DNA of 64,000 nucleotides from Antedon mediterranea (Eukaryota; Animalia; Echinodermata). Below the pieces are notes generated by a model. The model made no database searches. It was not told the DNA's origin and was given only the letters and a program-made list of their open reading frames with translations. The stretch is from assembly GCF_964355755.1 (NCBI RefSeq), contig NC_092670.1, positions 21,190,795-21,254,794 on the forward strand, given 5' to 3'. This document shows, in pieces, positions 14,082 through 28,900 of the stretch; position 1 is the first letter of the stretch; each line of letters opens with the position of its first letter. The position numbers were made by a program, and so were the translations under genes.

Positions 14082-14870
14082 TGATGGTGGGTTGTACCAC
14101 TGTATATTTTTAGGGACTTTAAAATACAGTAGTTAGATTATGCTATTACTGTACCATTAAAGGGATTTCTATGATTTTACGAGGTTTTCTATTTTCTGTC
14201 GTTGAAGGTCCTTTCTTGTCTACACATATACACACACAATTTCCAAAAAAGTATGCTGTAGTAAAGTACAGCATTTATATCCCAAGTACAGTACTTTTGT
14301 ATTGTATTCTGGGTGAACAATTGTGCCAGGGGTACACATCCAAAAATTAAGAAAAGACAAATCAGTTTTAAACATTTATTACTGGTTTTTTCTTCCTTCA
14401 CAAATGCACAGTTTCTAAGTGCCATTCTGACAAACCTACTCCAGTACTGATAACCTGATGTATGCAAAATAAGTTAAAATTGTACATTATTCCAAAATTG
14501 ATTGTCATTTCTAATCTAGACTTGTAAAAATGTTTTTTATCTAAAGATACCAGTTTTTCAAATTTACAAAATATTTTAACGCTACTTTACTATATTTTAC
14601 ACGAAAGCTAACTAAAAATAAAATCCAAGCAATTAGTATGGTCATAATAACGCACATTAAAACGAGGAATCGCGAGAATAAAATGTTTACAATGCTAAAA
14701 TCTTGAAAATGCTGTGACCGGCACTGGTTAGCAGAACTGCGTAAACAAATCTAGTTTGGTCAGTTTAGCATTTTATATCAATAATCACGACATTCTGTAC
14801 AGGTTTTTTTATTACTATATATATTTATCAAAAAGTCAATTGAGGTCATTATGTTGCAGCAGCAGCGATC

Positions 14871-15450
<580 letters not shown>

Positions 15451-15764
15451 TCACCACCGTTAGGCCCAGCCTTGCGTATGCACAAGAGACCAGCTAATGA
15501 AACTCTTTCTCTAAACGGCATTATGACCGTTGATTGACCTGAAAGCCCGCCACGAGGCGGTTAATTATATATTCTGTCAATTGCGCCGTTGTTGTTCCGT
15601 TTGCAAAAATGCGCTTTCAAAAATAATGTTTTTAACAAACTATTTAAATCTAAAATTTAACGAAAACGCTATATACAACTAAACAGTATTCTTAATTTAT
15701 CTATAGTATACGAACGAAGTAAATCATTCAGTTTTAGTATATAAGCGGTCATATTATAACATAC

Positions 15765-15975
15765 CTTTTCACCCAGATACTTCTACCTTTCTCAACGACG
15801 AATATTCAAACACTCAAAACGAATACAAAAAATCGCGGATATTTATAGCCGGATTACGTCACACCTGGCGCAATTTCTGATAGCTCATGAATAATTACTT
15901 CATTATTCAATTTGTAGGCGGGGCTAATTATAACTCGTTATCTGAGTGGATAGAATATGAAGAATCTGATTGGCT
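15765..15975 (-). promoter_or_regulatory. H3.3 non-coding first exon and core promoter
   Basis: Donor GAAAAG|gtatgt at 15765/15764; TATA-like ctataaata 15840-15848; CRE-like TGACGTAA 15854-15861; CCAAT near 15970; CpG retained locally. Confidence 0.65.
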
Positions 15976-16944
15976 TGTTGCGCGTACTGGCAGGAGCTCA
16001 TTTTGTACTCAAGCTCAAGTATACGAAAATCAACGTTGTAGAAATTGCCTATGTTTTAACATTGGGTTTCATTTCTGGTTGAAATTCAGATTGATTCATT
16101 CGATCCTCCACCACCAAGCCATGAAAAAGCATAAATTATCTATATTTTAGATTTTAATTATTGTACAACTAAAAAAATTAAGTTATTGATGTATAATGTG
16201 CCATTTTAATGTCAAATAATAATTATTTATTTTTCAAATTGATTATATAACTCTAAACCTATATGGAGAATTTTTTTCCGAAATAAAAGATGAATGAATG
16301 AATGAATGAATTTAGGCGTTTTGCACACTAAATTAAGTAACTGAATCACATTCAACATCCATCATCTCATGGTATATTCACAGTTTTATCATCTACAATT
16401 TGTTTCAGTTTGTTGGGAGACAATTTTTTTTATAAAAAGATGAAAGTTTTGTCAAAATAATTAATCATCTGACGTCGTTGCACCAGGGAGGTATAAAAAT
16501 AATTATTTTTATACCTGGCCTGGTGCAGCATACAACTCTGAATTCAACATTTTGAATATCTAAAAACTTATAGGCCTACTGTCTGTATATAACACGGAGG
16601 AGGTAATTTTATAGCTCCATGCTTATATAAATTAATTATATTATTTCAGTATATCACAGCACACTTTAGAATTCATGTGCTATGCCTGGCCCGGATGATT
16701 ATGTTTTACTACTGATTCTTAAAATTATTATGTTGATTTTTTAAACAAACGCCGGAACATCTCCAGTATAGTATCCACATCATGCAAAAAACACCTTATA
16801 TCAAAAAGATGTAGGCCTAATTAAATTATTTGATGGTTTATTTTAAATCAATTTAAAAACAAACACAAAACAAACGACACATCATATTCATTTAAAAATA
16901 ACTTTATTTCTGGAATGACCATATAGCACTCTGATTTAATATTT

Positions 16945-19900
16945 TTATTTACAATTTTCTGGTTTTACAAAATTATACCTGAAACACAAAATCGGCAAAT
17001 AAAATTTAAAAAAATAATATCCTAAATTCTTTAATATTCTTTTTAATACTTGACTTTATTTCTTAAATTTTTTCAAAGACTTTTTAGAAAAATATGACCT
17101 TTTTCAGGAAAGCACAAGTTTAACACATGATCTTTGACAAAATAATGAAATGCTCTTTTCTAAATTACAATATATGGTAAATATAAATAACTTGTTGCAG
17201 AGCACAAATGGAAACAGATTGGAAATACAAAACGATTGAATACAAGCAATTGCACAACACAAGATTTTTTTGGTATTTTACTTTCAATTATAGTAACGTG
17301 TATTGAAAAAAGTCAATTTACAGTTACATTTTCACAAAACCAAAACAAATTACAATACAACAATGGTCTCGAAACAGGATGGAATGAATCAAACAATACA
17401 CTTTAACAACGTGACAGTAAATATACTAATTACTATGGCAACTATATACAAATGTTCATAAATTCACGTTTTTACACTTGTAAGTTCCTTTTTATTTTCA
17501 CTTTGCCCATGGGCGGGCTAATTACAACGGGCAATGGCATTGTAGAATAGTTCTCTTCTTTTTCATATGTTCTATTGTATCTAGCAGCCACTCCTAACAT
17601 TTGAGAATACAATATAGCAATTAGTAGCAACAATAAAGTTAATTGTTTAATGTGATTTGTCACACCCAGAAACAATTACTGGTCTTCAGTAGGCAGTTTT
17701 AACATAAATTTTTCCAATGGCTTTATTCTGTAAAGATAAAAACAACAGAAATTATAACATGTGTACAAAAAGATTGAAAAATAATTATTATAGTATATTC
17801 AATTCAAAATTCAAATTGAGGTACTACATTTTATCTAATATAGTGCATCAGTTGTAATAATTATATGTATTTTTAAGTAGTTTTAGAGAGCTTTTTCTAA
17901 TTTTTCTCATCTTCACCATTTAAAAATTGATTAATTTCCAGTATATCACTGAGCGGTTTAGAGTTTCTCAGTCTATGCCTGAATTTATACCAAACATTTA
18001 TCTAATCTACAGTATGAGCAAATCTGTCACATGTAAGTTAATTCAATCAAAGTGTTTTTCATTCTCATGAATAACTTGCTTAAAGCTCAGGTACAAGCAT
18101 GAATTTTAAATACAATATCTGGTTAATTGTACAGGGGTGGCGCCAGGATCTTTCCGACGCGGGGGCTAAATTCCCAGACGGGGGGGCTATGCGAGTGAAG
18201 CGAGCATTACTTGGCTGGGGGCCAGGGGGCCGCCAAGGGAAGCAACACGTTATAGCGTAATTTGAGGCCGTTTGAATCAGATTTAGGGTAGCCAATTTTT
18301 TCAATTTTGTATGGTACATAAATAAAATACTGTGTGAAAAACACATTGCAAGAGGTCCGGTACGATGACTGTGTAAATCCATTCTTTCAAATTTAAAAAT
18401 GAAGTTTTTAAAGTTCAATATGCCTATCATAGAAAATATACGCGAACGTAAAACCTACCCACGGGCCAAGAGGTATATCGTTATAATCGCAGAGACGTAG
18501 GCAGGTTGCTGTCTGGGGGTGCGAAAATTGTAAATGCGCGAGATATCCATGGTCTGATCTGTAAGAAAATTTTGAAAAATAGAGCTGCTAGGTCCCCGGA
18601 AATTGCAATTATACATTGATATATAAAACGAAATTACAAGTCTATCAGAGAACAAGCCCACCGAGGTTGAGATGGAGCTAAGGACATTTAAACAACTAGA
18701 GTTGTTAGGGGGTGTGTAGAAAGCGACGACCTCGAATTGGACGACCCCAACGACCCGGGCGACCTCGAATTGGACGACCTAGAATTGGACGACCCATAAC
18801 ACAAAACCGACGACCCCTATAGCCTAGCCTAAGTGTGGTATAACATCCCGAAGCCGAACATAGCCAAAGATCTTTAAACCATACCTTATATAATACTCGC
18901 AAGCAAGCAATTGATTGAAAAAATACCGAAATATCGCCATTTCATACTGAATGTGTCGACACGAACAAACGAACAGATATGGAACGCCAAGAGTGCATCA
19001 TTAAAACTGCATTCGACATATTAAAAATAAATTAAAAAGAAATAAATATTATACATTACATGGTTAAACCATGGACGTATAATTACATCTCGTCTTATAA
19101 CGAACACTATAGGCCTACCAAGCAGCGTGTTGCGAACATGTGCATTGGGAGGGCCATAAGAAAGCTTTACATTTCACACATGCATTGTATACGGTCAAAC
19201 CTTCTCACCCACCGCTGAAAAAGGGGCCGTTTTGACCTGGTATTTCGTGTGCTAATCGAGTCGAATGCAGTTTTAATGATGCACTCTTTGCGTTCCAAAT
19301 CTGTTCGTTTGTTCGTGTCGACACATTTAGTATGAAATGGCGATATTTCTGTATTTTTTCAATCAATTGCTTGCTTGCGAGTATTATATAAGGTATGGTT
19401 TAAAGATCTTTGGCTATGTTCGGCTTCGGGATGTTATACCACACTTAGGCCTAGGCTAGGCTAGGGTCGTCGGTTTCGTGTTATGGGTCGTCCAATTCTA
19501 GGTCGTCCAATTCGAGGTCGCCCGGGTCGTTGGGGTCGTCCAATTCGAGGTCGTCGCTTTCTACACACCCAGTTGTTAGGTCCCCGGATATTGGATTATA
19601 GTATTTCGAAAAAAAGAAACAAAATATATAAGGCTCCAGGACCAGCCCTACCATTAGGGTTGAGCTGCTAAGAAAATTGTGAAAAGTAGACCTGCTAGGT
19701 ACCTGGAAATTGCACTTATAGGCCCATATTGATAAATGAAACGAAATTATAAGTCTACAGAACCAGAGCTAAGAAAATTGTCAAAAATAGAGCTGCTAGG
19801 TCCCTGCAAAACATTGAAATATGAAATGAAATTATAGGTCCAGCCCACCATGGTTGGGGTGGAGCTAAGAACATTCTGAAAAATAGAGTTGCTAGGTCCC

Positions 19901-22900
19901 GGAAATTTAACTTATTATACTTCGAAGCATAAAACAAGATATATACCGGTACGTCTCCAGAACCAGCCCTACCATGGATATAAAAAAAAATTGAAAAAAA
20001 TATAGCTCTAGGTTCAATGCACTGATTGTATATTGTACATCGAAATATGAAACAAAATGTATGGTAAGTATACATGACCAGCTCTATAATTGGGGACAGT
20101 TGAGCTAAGACAATTTTGAAAACTAGAGATGCAGGTCTTCAAAAATTACACCTATACTTAAAAAAAATTCAGACATAGAGGCCTAAACAAGTTACCCTTT
20201 TTACCTTTTATTTGGAGGGGAATGCGTCCACACGGGTAGACCATTTTCCGTCGGGGAAATCAGTTTATTTCCCAGATGAATGAGCAGTTCATGACATACA
20301 GGACATTGGAAATGTAATAACTTAGCTATAATAAGATGTTGGCTAAACGAAAATGGCATGTTTTTTGTTTAGTAATGTTGGCCGAGCCTACAGTGAAAAA
20401 CGTCTATTTCAGGTTCAGGTACCTACGGAAGCCCGTTCGGGCCACAAGTTAACTATATTTTAAAAGCTTTTATCTGGCGGCCGCCACTTAAATATCTGGC
20501 GGCCGCCACTTAATTATCTGGCGGCCGCCACTTAATTATCAAATTCATTTAATTCAACCAACCAAACACTCTACATGCTGCATCTATATGTAACTTTTCA
20601 TAGACTCATTTCCAGCCGTTGATTTTCTTCCATTTGACCCCATGTAAAAGGTTAGAATTTAATTGCGCCGTATAAAAAAATAAAAACGAGCCGAACGTAA
20701 TGGTAAATGGGCCGAATAAAAAAGAGCCGAATGCTGAAAGAGCCGAACGTAAAGGTAAATGGGCCGAATAGAAATGCGCCGAATGGTAAAAGAGTCGAAT
20801 AGAATTAAAGTTTGCTGTCGGAGGCAGCGATGGCGTTCCATATGCAACATCGCCTCTGATCCAATACACGTACACAGGGGCGCAGCCAGTGGGGGGTCAC
20901 GGGGGTCCTGACCCCCCCTTTTTTTTAGAAAAAATAAATAAAAACATGAGACAACAATACAGATCAAATCATCCTGGAGATACTGTGGAAGATTACTACC
21001 GAGCAGTATTACCAAATCAACTTCTTGATTACAAACCGAGTTAAAAACCCGTTTTTCTGCCGATAACAGGCCATGCTTTAAAATATTTGGCGTAGCACCC
21101 GAGTCTATAGTGAAGTGTAATGTTGAAGAAGTCTTCAAGGAACTTGAATTTGGTACGATGATCTGCCAAGACACGAACATCTTCATTCCGAGCTTCAGTG
21201 ATGGAAGCGACTGTGTAAAATTAGCGGATCCAAATGTGTTTCCGAATGTGCGTGCACTTCTTCTAATCGCGTAGGCCTATGCCCGTAACGTCTGCTGAAG
21301 CTGAGCGGAGTTTTTCGACTTTATGGAGAACGAAAACCTGTTTGGGAAATCACATGTCTTATGAGCAGCTTTCGGGATTGTGCCTCATGAACATACACTT
21401 TAACATGAACATTAATACAGAGAATGTCATTCGCGAATTCTGTCTCCAAGCCAAGAAGAATGTTCCAAACTTATGTTTAAAGATGCATCACGCGATGTCA
21501 AGAGCGCCGTTATAGTAACTAACGTAAAATGTATGATAATAATTTAGAAGTTAGTTATTACAATTATGTATAAGCTATCACCTATACTATACATTCGAAC
21601 AAAATAGGTATATTTTTAAACAAAATATTGTATGTACTGGGTATGATAAGCGTCTCACATACACATGGAGCCAAGATAGCTTCTTGGACTTGCACAGTGT
21701 ATGAACTCTAACCTTACGGTTCTCATTTAATAATATCACTCCCTCCATGCTATCATTCTAATTTCTTTTTTCAAACTTTTGCATCTCTACGTTCATTTCA
21801 TGCAACTTTTGTATTGGTGAAAAGGAAGGAATTCAAATAATTCCTCCTCTGAGTTTACAGCCTCTCTACACAAATCAACAAACAAGCAAGAAAAAAAGTG
21901 TTTGTCTGTGGCAGCCTGGAATATAAAAATGTTCTGTAATGAAAATGAGAGTTGTTTTTTGTTTTCTTTGTTTCAGTTTATTAGTGTTAACATTGTCATA
22001 TTTGTGTGTGCGTAAACCGATTCAAATGATCTAGATTGCCCTAGACCGCCAAAGCTTCCCCTGGACCCCAACCGGGGGCCCTTGGCGGCCCCCTGCCCAT
22101 TGTTGCTCGCTTCGCTCGCAAAATACTCACATATTGGTTGACCCCTCCTTTAATTCTTTGCTGGCTGCGCCCCTGGTACATGTCACGTGAACTAATTATT
22201 AAGTGGCGGCCGCCAGATAATTAAGTGGCGGCCGCCAGATAATTAAGTGGCGGCCGCCAGATAATTAAGTGGCGGCCGCCAGATAATTAAGTGGCGGCCG
22301 CCAGATAATTAAGTGGCGGCCGCCAGATAATTAAGTGGCGGCCGCCAGATAATTAAGTGGCGGCCGCCAGATAATTAAGTGGCGGCCGCCAGATAATTAA
22401 GTGGCGGCCGCCAGATAATTAAGTGGCGGCCGCCAGATAATTAAGTGGCGGCCGCCAGATAATTAAGTGGCGGCCGCCAGATAATTAAGTGGCGGCCGCC
22501 AGATAATTAAGTGGCGGCCGCCAGATAATTAAGTGGCGGCCGCCAGATAATTAAGTGGCGGCTGCCAGATAACAGCTTTTAAAATATAGTTATCTTGTGG
22601 CCCGAACGGGCTTCCGTAGGTACCCGACGGTAATCGTAAATTTAAAAATTGAACATACGAACAATAAAATAGATCGCGAAGATAATTCGTACCCTTTTGC
22701 TGTCGATACACAGTACACGACGTAACGCGTCAGTAAACTTCGCCTGGAAAGTAACTACAGTACACATTCTGGTCCCTGGGTGGAACATGATATCAAGCGT
22801 AAACCGCAATGGGCCAGGCCCAATGTTAAACGATTCGTACAAAGGGACACCGCCAGACAAGTGCATACCTATTGTTTATTAGATCACTGGCAATAATGCA

Positions 22901-25900
22901 TGCATAATATAAGTGTAATAGCCCTCCGACGTACTTAACAAAAATGGAACTTCGCGGTTTTCTAGTCGCTGAAGCTACGAAGTGAACGCGAATGATTTTT
23001 ACTTTATATTATATTCCCCGACGAAAAGTACTCGCGTTCCCCCCGACGTGGGGGCTCCCCGACTAGGGGGCTACAGCCCCCGTAGCTATACCATACTATA
23101 CCATATAATCTCAGTGGCAGGATTTCACACAGTCACAAAATGTACCAACAGCAAATATGGTTTGGTCAGATACAGTTTTATTTAAATATGCAATGTAATA
23201 CAGTCTGTTCTGGCTATATTACATACCTTTTCTTCTCTCTATTATAAATGTTTTATTCTACCAAGCTCTTTTCCTTCTCTCCTCTTACCAGTGCATCCAT
23301 ATTTTAAGGAACGGTCCTAATTAATATGCATGTACTGGGAGGGGACTATTTAGTAAAGGGAACATTCCATGATGATGAGGAAATAGTAATTGATTAAGGA
23401 TGTGGGTTATAGGAGAGTGAACAAAGAGTACCTAGGGATAGGAAGAAACCACTAGGAATGTTAATAGATGGAGTAGGGAGAAATAGTGAAAAAGGGTTGT
23501 TGACCTGATGGTCAGAGTGTTACACTAGTAGGTGAAACAAGGCCATATAGATGGTTGCAGTCGCTTGCTTATTAGTGTTTACCGACCGACCGACCAACCT
23601 ACCAACTGACCCAAATTACTGAACATGTTTAAAAATGTTGAAATGTTTAAAAACATTTATATTTTTTTAATTTACACGTGCGTAGCCTGTCACTTTTGAC
23701 ATGCTCGTAAAACGTAATTTTGAGTTGAAAAGTAAGTCAAGAAAACAGAAATCGGGCAAAAAGAGTGTGCAATAACATTTAACGCGCAAAAATCTGCGCA
23801 CTCATGGCAATTTTGTAAACGCTTAAAATTGCCTGAAACGTACTCTTATTTCATCGCAAATAAAATTTTGAAAATTTTAAGCGCGCGTACGCATGCGTTA
23901 CATGCGCTACGCACGTAATTGTATTGCCATATGATGATTTATGCCCTGAAATTTATGAGTACCAAATTTTATTTAATTGTGATTCATGGTTGTGAAGATA
24001 TGATTACAAACGTGATTTCGTTAAATCGTGCGTAGACCGCATAATTTTTTATGCCGCACCGTGAAAACATAACCACATCGATTCCTGGCCATAAGGAATA
24101 TACTGTGAAAAATTGACTTAGCTAGATTAAACTGATATCAAGATAAGGTCAGAAAGCGATAAAACGCATAGTGATACCGGACCGACAGACCGACACACCG
24201 ACCGACCGACATAGTGAACTATAGAGTCGCGTCCACGCGACTACAAAGATGGTGGTTATACGGTGGATAATTTTGCTATAGCATGAAAATCAAAATCTGA
24301 AGTTGAATAAAAATACCAGAAATGTAAAATTCAAGTTATATTACCTATATTTAGTCATCTGATAACATTTTTTACCACACCATTTATTTTTTATAGCTTT
24401 TTAAAATGCCTCTCTATTTACAAAATTTGTGTACAAAAGAATAGAGATTTTACTGTGTAATTTGAACTATCCCCCCCCCCCCCCCCCCACTGATAAGAAA
24501 GTGCTTATTTTCAACAAGCTCGTGTAACACAAATAATGAAACATAGGGGAAACTATAGATCGATAATTATTGGAATGTATGATCAATAGAAATGTTTTGC
24601 CCGCACCTGGCCTTTAAGCTCTGTCAACACTATCAACTAGTTTTACAAAAAAGAGTGATGTGCCCAAATATGCTAGTGATATGACATCATGTCCATATAT
24701 GGGCACATCACACTTTTTTGTCACTAACGCCCGTATTCTGAAACCGGACTTTAGTCGTAGTTCGAAGTTCGACTTGAAAAAGTCGTAGTTCGAGCTATTA
24801 CTTCAAATTCGATTAAAAAACGAAGTAGTCGAAGTTTGCAGTTCGACTTAATGAAGTCGAGCTTTTAGTCGAGTTGCACACGTCTGGGTAACAAAGGCTA
24901 TACATTGGCCAATGACAAGAGAGTATTTGAGGAGCAGACGAAATTTTGCGCATTGATATCACTTTCCATTTTCTTACAACACTTTTTACGCATCAGGACT
25001 ATACATGAAAAATAGTTTTAATCGTTAATTATTAGAACAAGATCAGTATTAATTTAACAGTGAAGTACTTTTGATTAACAACAAACAAAATCTTCAAAAT
25101 ATATTTAGCTAACTTTTATATTTTCTAGGCCCCCAACAAAGTATGATCGCGACGAACCACGCACTTCATAGCGTGACAAGAAAGCGCTAGGCCCCCTAAA
25201 CATTCCATCGCGTGGTGAATTTCCGCATCTGCCATTGTCGCTATGGCGTGACGTAGCTCAAGTCGGACTTGCGCGAAGAAAATTATGTAATTTGTATACA
25301 GTTGTAAATAAAGATGATTTTCATTATTATAACATATACCAATGTATATTTAATTAAGCTAATATAAAAATAGATATTTCATTCTTCAATATCTGGCCAA
25401 TATAACAACTCAATGACTGTTACGTTTTTCATAAACATCGTTTAAAAACCATTTAGTCGACCATTTAGCCTGCCCCCTCCAGGACTAAAAAAATCAATCA
25501 AAATCCGTCTCGATTTAGTCGAGGTTGGCCTGAATTAGTCGGCGATTTAGTTGAAGTTCGGTTTATGAATTAAAATGACGTCATTTTGTTAGTTTTAGCT
25601 CGAACTACGACTAAAGTCCGGTTTAAGAATACGGGCGATAAAGTTTGATAGTGTAGCAGAGCTTTAGGTGGGTTACTCATATTATTAATTTTTCAATACA
25701 GTTAACACATGCATTCATTTAACATTATATTTAGCTGCTCAAGAATATAATAAAATTTCTTTGTACAGTATTATTATAAATTAGGTGAGATTAGTACTTT
25801 TGTTAAACAAGGCTGTATCAAAACTAAAATGGGTGTGTCCATTCCACTTAACTCCTGGTTAACTTTTACTGGTATGTTTTGTTTATTTTATTTTTGGGCA

Positions 25901-28900
25901 CACAATAACTACTCTATTGATGCGTTGCTTGGCCAAAGGCCCTTTTAATTACATCACATGTCGAGTCATTTTAATAAATATTAATAATATAATTTACCTG
26001 TTTTCGATTTGGCTAATTTGTTCAGATATACCTTCTAGAACCTTGCCTTCAATCAACTCTCTAAAGCTAGAAAAAAAAAAAAAAAAAAAACTTAGAAAAA
26101 TATAATTTGATAATGCACCTCTAAGTAGGTAAATACAGTCAACTCTCCCAACACCTTTGGGCTTGCCAATGTCTGGTTTTCGGGAAAGTCTGGTATTTGG
26201 ACTGTTTGGACTTTAAGAAAAGTCTGGTATTGGCAAAGTTTCCGGTTTTCAGAGAGTCCGGTATTGCGAGAGTTGACTGTATAGATATATTAACAAATAA
26301 TGTGTTTCTCTTTTTGTTTTCCAAATAATATATTATTGTTGTTGTCACCTTGCTTGTGTCCTTGTCAGTTCTTCTATTTCATTGCTCTGTTTTTGGATAA
26401 TTGAGGTCTGTATCAAAAGTTTATCTGACATTAATGCTAAATGCTGAGATGTATTTCTTTGCATATGTTCCTCCTTATCACACCGACGAAACTAAAAAAT
26501 AAAAGTTAATATAAAGTTTCCATGTGCATAGTATCTGCCTTACCATGACTATATAAAGCAGAGTGGAGAGGAAGCTTCTGTATGAAAACCTTTGGGTGGG
26601 TATGGGTAATCAAAAAAGAGATTCTTCTTGTATTCTTGCCAACTTTTTCAGTGGCCAATGCACGAGACATTGAATTAAAATTATATATAGTGCCCTCTAT
26701 GTTATTTTTTCGACTTATTGAGTTGGTTTTCCTGTACTATATTAACCATAAAATACAAATAAACTTAGGCCTAGGAGAATTATGCTCAAATTAATAACAT
26801 AATGCGCAGTCCTAGACTCTTTTACTTCAAATTAGGCAAGCTAATTTCAAAACAATGTTTTTATAGATGCGCGAGAAATAGCCACGTACATGTGAGGTAT
26901 AACAAATCGGCCCTCATCCGTGTGAATTATGCATGAGAGTTGACAGGTATATTAGGGTGACTGGAAGGCCTTAAAACAAATAACAAACTGAGTAAAGGAA
27001 CTTACTTTTGCATTGCAGCCAAGTACACTATAATTACAAGGAACTAATGTATTTGGACAAGTACCATCCACCCTCATATGCTTAGGTATCTAAAAAAAAC
27101 ATATTATATTATAACAATAGCATAAATGTATATAAATATTAGTTTGGACTAGTAAAATTGTATGTGGGATGGTAAAACCACACGTAAGTACCGTGAGTGC
27201 CCACGAATAGTTTCACTTACCTCTTCTCGGAGAATGTCGTTTCTGCCACACAAAAAACAAGACACTGGCAGTTTAGGGCAATGTAGGAGTTGATGACGCT
27301 AAAATATTAAAAAGAAAATTGCAGCCAATGTTATAATATAGCAATAATCTACCAAATAACTTAAATCTTAAATACCAATCAGGGACTACGGTCACTTACT
27401 TGAAATAAACCAAACTAGTGGGATTAGGGTGGTAGATTTATTTCATCATCTTCCAAAAAAAATTGTATTTTTTCTACTTGAAAAAAAAGAAGAGAAACAT
27501 AATTTACTTACAGTTAAATCTTTTGCAACAACATCATCGCAGCATTGTGAACACTGAACAGTTCGTAGTGGGCAGTTCGTTAGGTGGGTTGACCTCTCTC
27601 GTCGAAGGCATTGCTGATCGCATCCATTAGGGCAGGGTATGATACTGAAATCACACGTATTCTTGTGTTCCTAATAATATGGTTCAAACTGTATGCGAGT
27701 GTACATTTACAGAAGCTGATATTATATAATTCCATTAAAAGTCTCCAAAAGTGGTATATTACAAACACAATGAAGTAACTATGTATATGTATGTAGAGGT
27801 GATGGTGTAGTTTGATGGATAGATGACTGAACCTTGCCTTACCTCCAGGTAAAGCAGCTCTCCTTTCCACTGGCAGCCATTGGGTTGATTATTGCATACA
27901 CATTTTAAACCTAATATTTCTCTTTTGATTGCTACATCATCAAATAACTAGACAAAAAAATGTAAATGTAATTGATGATTGATTATTGACCATCAAAGAG
28001 CCAGTTAATACATACACAAGTTTTTTCTGTTGCACCTAAACAGAATCAAATATGATATAAACTATACTTACATCAATATTTATATAGAACCAAGTGTTAT
28101 CAACTGGACACTTAGTATAATTGCGTGTTCTATGGATGATGAAAGAAAAAAAACCATTTTCAGTTTAAATCAACATTGTTAGATAATAATTGGGGAGTTA
28201 TGATGTCATAATTATTAATTAAGGGATCAAGTGGTGATGTAATACAGTGGCGGATTTAGGGGGCGCACCCCTGCACTATAAATCTGGACCCAAACAAAAT
28301 TATCTTACTATAACGAAAACAAATTGGGAAAAAGCGCAAGAGTAAATAAATTCTTATTAAAACACATTGTTACAGTGCCGTGCTAATTTTGTCTTTCACA
28401 GAGGGGGGCACCATTGTTGTCGTCATTTAGGCCTAAAGCCTTAAGGCCATGTAAAAAAAAACAACAGTTGATCGTCCTGGTTTTCTAAAAAAAGGAAGGA
28501 AGAGGCTCTTTTTATTTTTTATTTTTTATTTTTTCAAGATGGCGACTCACTACCGTATTTTCTTGAATAAACATGCCGCTATGAATAAAAATCACTCCCA
28601 CCCCTCGCATACACCCTTCCTGACAATTCAAATAAATATGGTAAGTACTGTAAGATGTCTAAACAAACATAAGTATACAGAACAGCAAATATTAAAATAC
28701 ACATTTTTTTTTATTTTATCAGGGGGTCACAATAAAAGTCCTTTTTGTACACTGACTTTATATCAAACTTCTGGATATTATTAGCCTACTGTGGCACAAA
28801 TGCTCTAGTGTTTTTCCTTTTGGGTGTTTTGCCTGATTCCTTGCATTCACTACAATAAAGTGGATAATTCATGTTCTCAATTGATAAATTGTGCTCAGTT

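Larger units (their letters stand above)
18131..23090. mobile_element. Large composite non-autonomous element hosting nested insertions, with degenerate ~110-120-bp internal tandem repeats (~18560-20140)
   Basis: Begins caggggtggcgccaggatctttccgacgcgggggct. Related ccccgac/gggggctacagcccc motifs at 23015-23085. Right terminus looks truncated and no TSD was read. Confidence 0.5.

Noticed and set aside
12917-14113. Repetitive ORFs (MQYTP, CMTIGVY, HAVHTN)
   Set aside because: By-products of a stop-poor 21-bp repeat in the foldback arms, open in several frames on both strands.
17472-17675. 67-aa ORF with a hydrophobic, signal-like stretch
   Set aside because: It starts at TTG immediately after the TRAF-like stop/donor, so it is UTR or intron. 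Read-through cannot be excluded, but nothing supports it.
18705-19671. Two Arg/Gly-rich ORFs (GRPIRGR)
   Set aside because: Mirror translations of the TIRs of one MITE.
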